A stretch of DNA of 63,786 nt, filler included, from Octopus bimaculoides (lineage: Eukaryota), in the NCBI RefSeq assembly GCF_001194135.2. It is 7 parts of 7 records of this genome, joined end to end, with 100 filler letters (N's around TTAATTAATTAA, not from the genome) between each part and the next. Parts side by side here need not be neighbours in the genome. Positions count along the whole stretch, not along the records: positions 62,747 to 63,786 come from NW_026393663.1; 6 more parts are not named here. One strand, 5' to 3'. The first letter of the stretch is position 1. Every line of letters starts with the position of its first letter. The notes under the pieces are model-generated. The model made no database searches, was not told the DNA's origin, and saw nothing but the letters and a program-made list of their open reading frames with translations. The position numbers were made by a program, and so were the translations under genes. Positions 62,748 to 63,786 of the stretch are shown one piece after another.

Positions 62748-63728
62748 TATATATATACGTACGTACCTACGTATATATGGATGGATGTACGTACGTACCT
62801 ACGTATATATGTATGGATGTACGTACGTACCTACGTATGTATGAATGGATGTACGTATGTATGTATGGATGTACTTACGTACCTACGTACGTATGTATGG
62901 ATGTACGTACGTACCTAAGCATGTATGAATGTGCATACGTACGTATGTATAGTGTAAGTACGTACGTATGTATGAATTACGTACGTACCTACGTACGTAT
63001 GTATGAATGTAAGTACATACCTTCATACGTACGCGTGTATGGATGTACGTACGTATCTACGTACGTATGTATGGATGTACGTACGTACCTCCGTACGTAT
63101 GTATGGATGTACGTATGTATGGATGTACGCACGTACCTACGTATGTATGTATGGATGCACCTACGTACCTACCTATGTATGTATAGATGTACGTACGTAC
63201 CTACATACGTATATATGGATGCACGTACGTACCTACGTACATATGTTTGTGTGTACGTACGTACCTACGTTCGTATGTATGTATGTACGTTCATACCAAC
63301 ATACGTATGCATGGATGTACATACGTACCTAAGTACGTATGTATGGATGTACGTACCTACGTACCTATTTATGGATGTACGTACGTACCTACATCCATTC
63401 ATACGTAGGTAGGTACATCTATACATACATACGTAGGTACGTACGAACATCTATATATACATACGTAGGTACGTGCGTACATCCATGCATACATACGTAG
63501 ATACGTACGTAGGTACGTACGTACATCCATACATATGTACGTATGTACGTACGTACATCCATACATACGTGCGTAGGTACGCACATCCATACATACGTAA
63601 GTAGGTACGTACGTACATCCATACCTGCGTACGTAGGTACGTACGTTCATCCATACATACGTAAGTAGGTACGTACGTACATCCATACATGCGTACATAG
63701 GTACGTACATACATCCATTCATACGTAC
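62748..63728. repeat. CpG-rich TACG-based minisatellite with an internal orientation switch
   Basis: About 28-bp units (tacgtacgtacctacgtatgtatggatg) forward to about 63385, reverse-complemented afterwards. Confidence 0.85.
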
Positions 63729-63786
63729 CTCTCGGTCCTCTCTCTCACTCGCTCATTTCTCTTTCTCTCTCTCTCTCTCTCTCTCT

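Noticed and set aside
37-63722. Most ORFs in the supplied track (poly-YI, CV, HT, poly-R, poly-L, X-runs)
   Set aside because: Translations of microsatellites or N-gaps with no domain content

Overview
AT-rich, gap-ridden eukaryotic DNA dominated by microsatellites and retroposons. The effector-less C2H2 array, SINE families and repeat load point to an octopus or other coleoid cephalopod (inference). Two host genes are supported: a 21-finger C2H2 zinc-finger CDS on + (36430-38226), and the last three coding exons of a chymotrypsin-like S1 serine protease on - (49214-49080, 48984-48839, 47673-47524; the upstream exons were not found). The rest is transposon material: mariner and pogo fossils, MITEs, three R4/Dong-type LINE fragments, an APE-type LINE, a Ty3/gypsy gag-protease remnant with a 3' LTR, a Penelope GIY-YIG fragment and four SINE-like families (labelled A-D here). 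The most notable unannotated signal is a set of type I hammerhead ribozyme folds around and inside the protease gene. One has a fully intact core (45964-46054, -), one lies sense-oriented in an intron with one core change (49646-49734), one sits in a 91-bp perfect palindrome (46568-46674) and one is decayed (57382-57427). Other items: a MITE carrying an in-register heat-shock-element array, two inverted-repeat elements whose interiors have amplified into tandem arrays, a pseudoknot conserved among SINE copies, and CpG decay in repeats near the zinc-finger gene. All structures were read by eye; no folding, alignment or database search was run.
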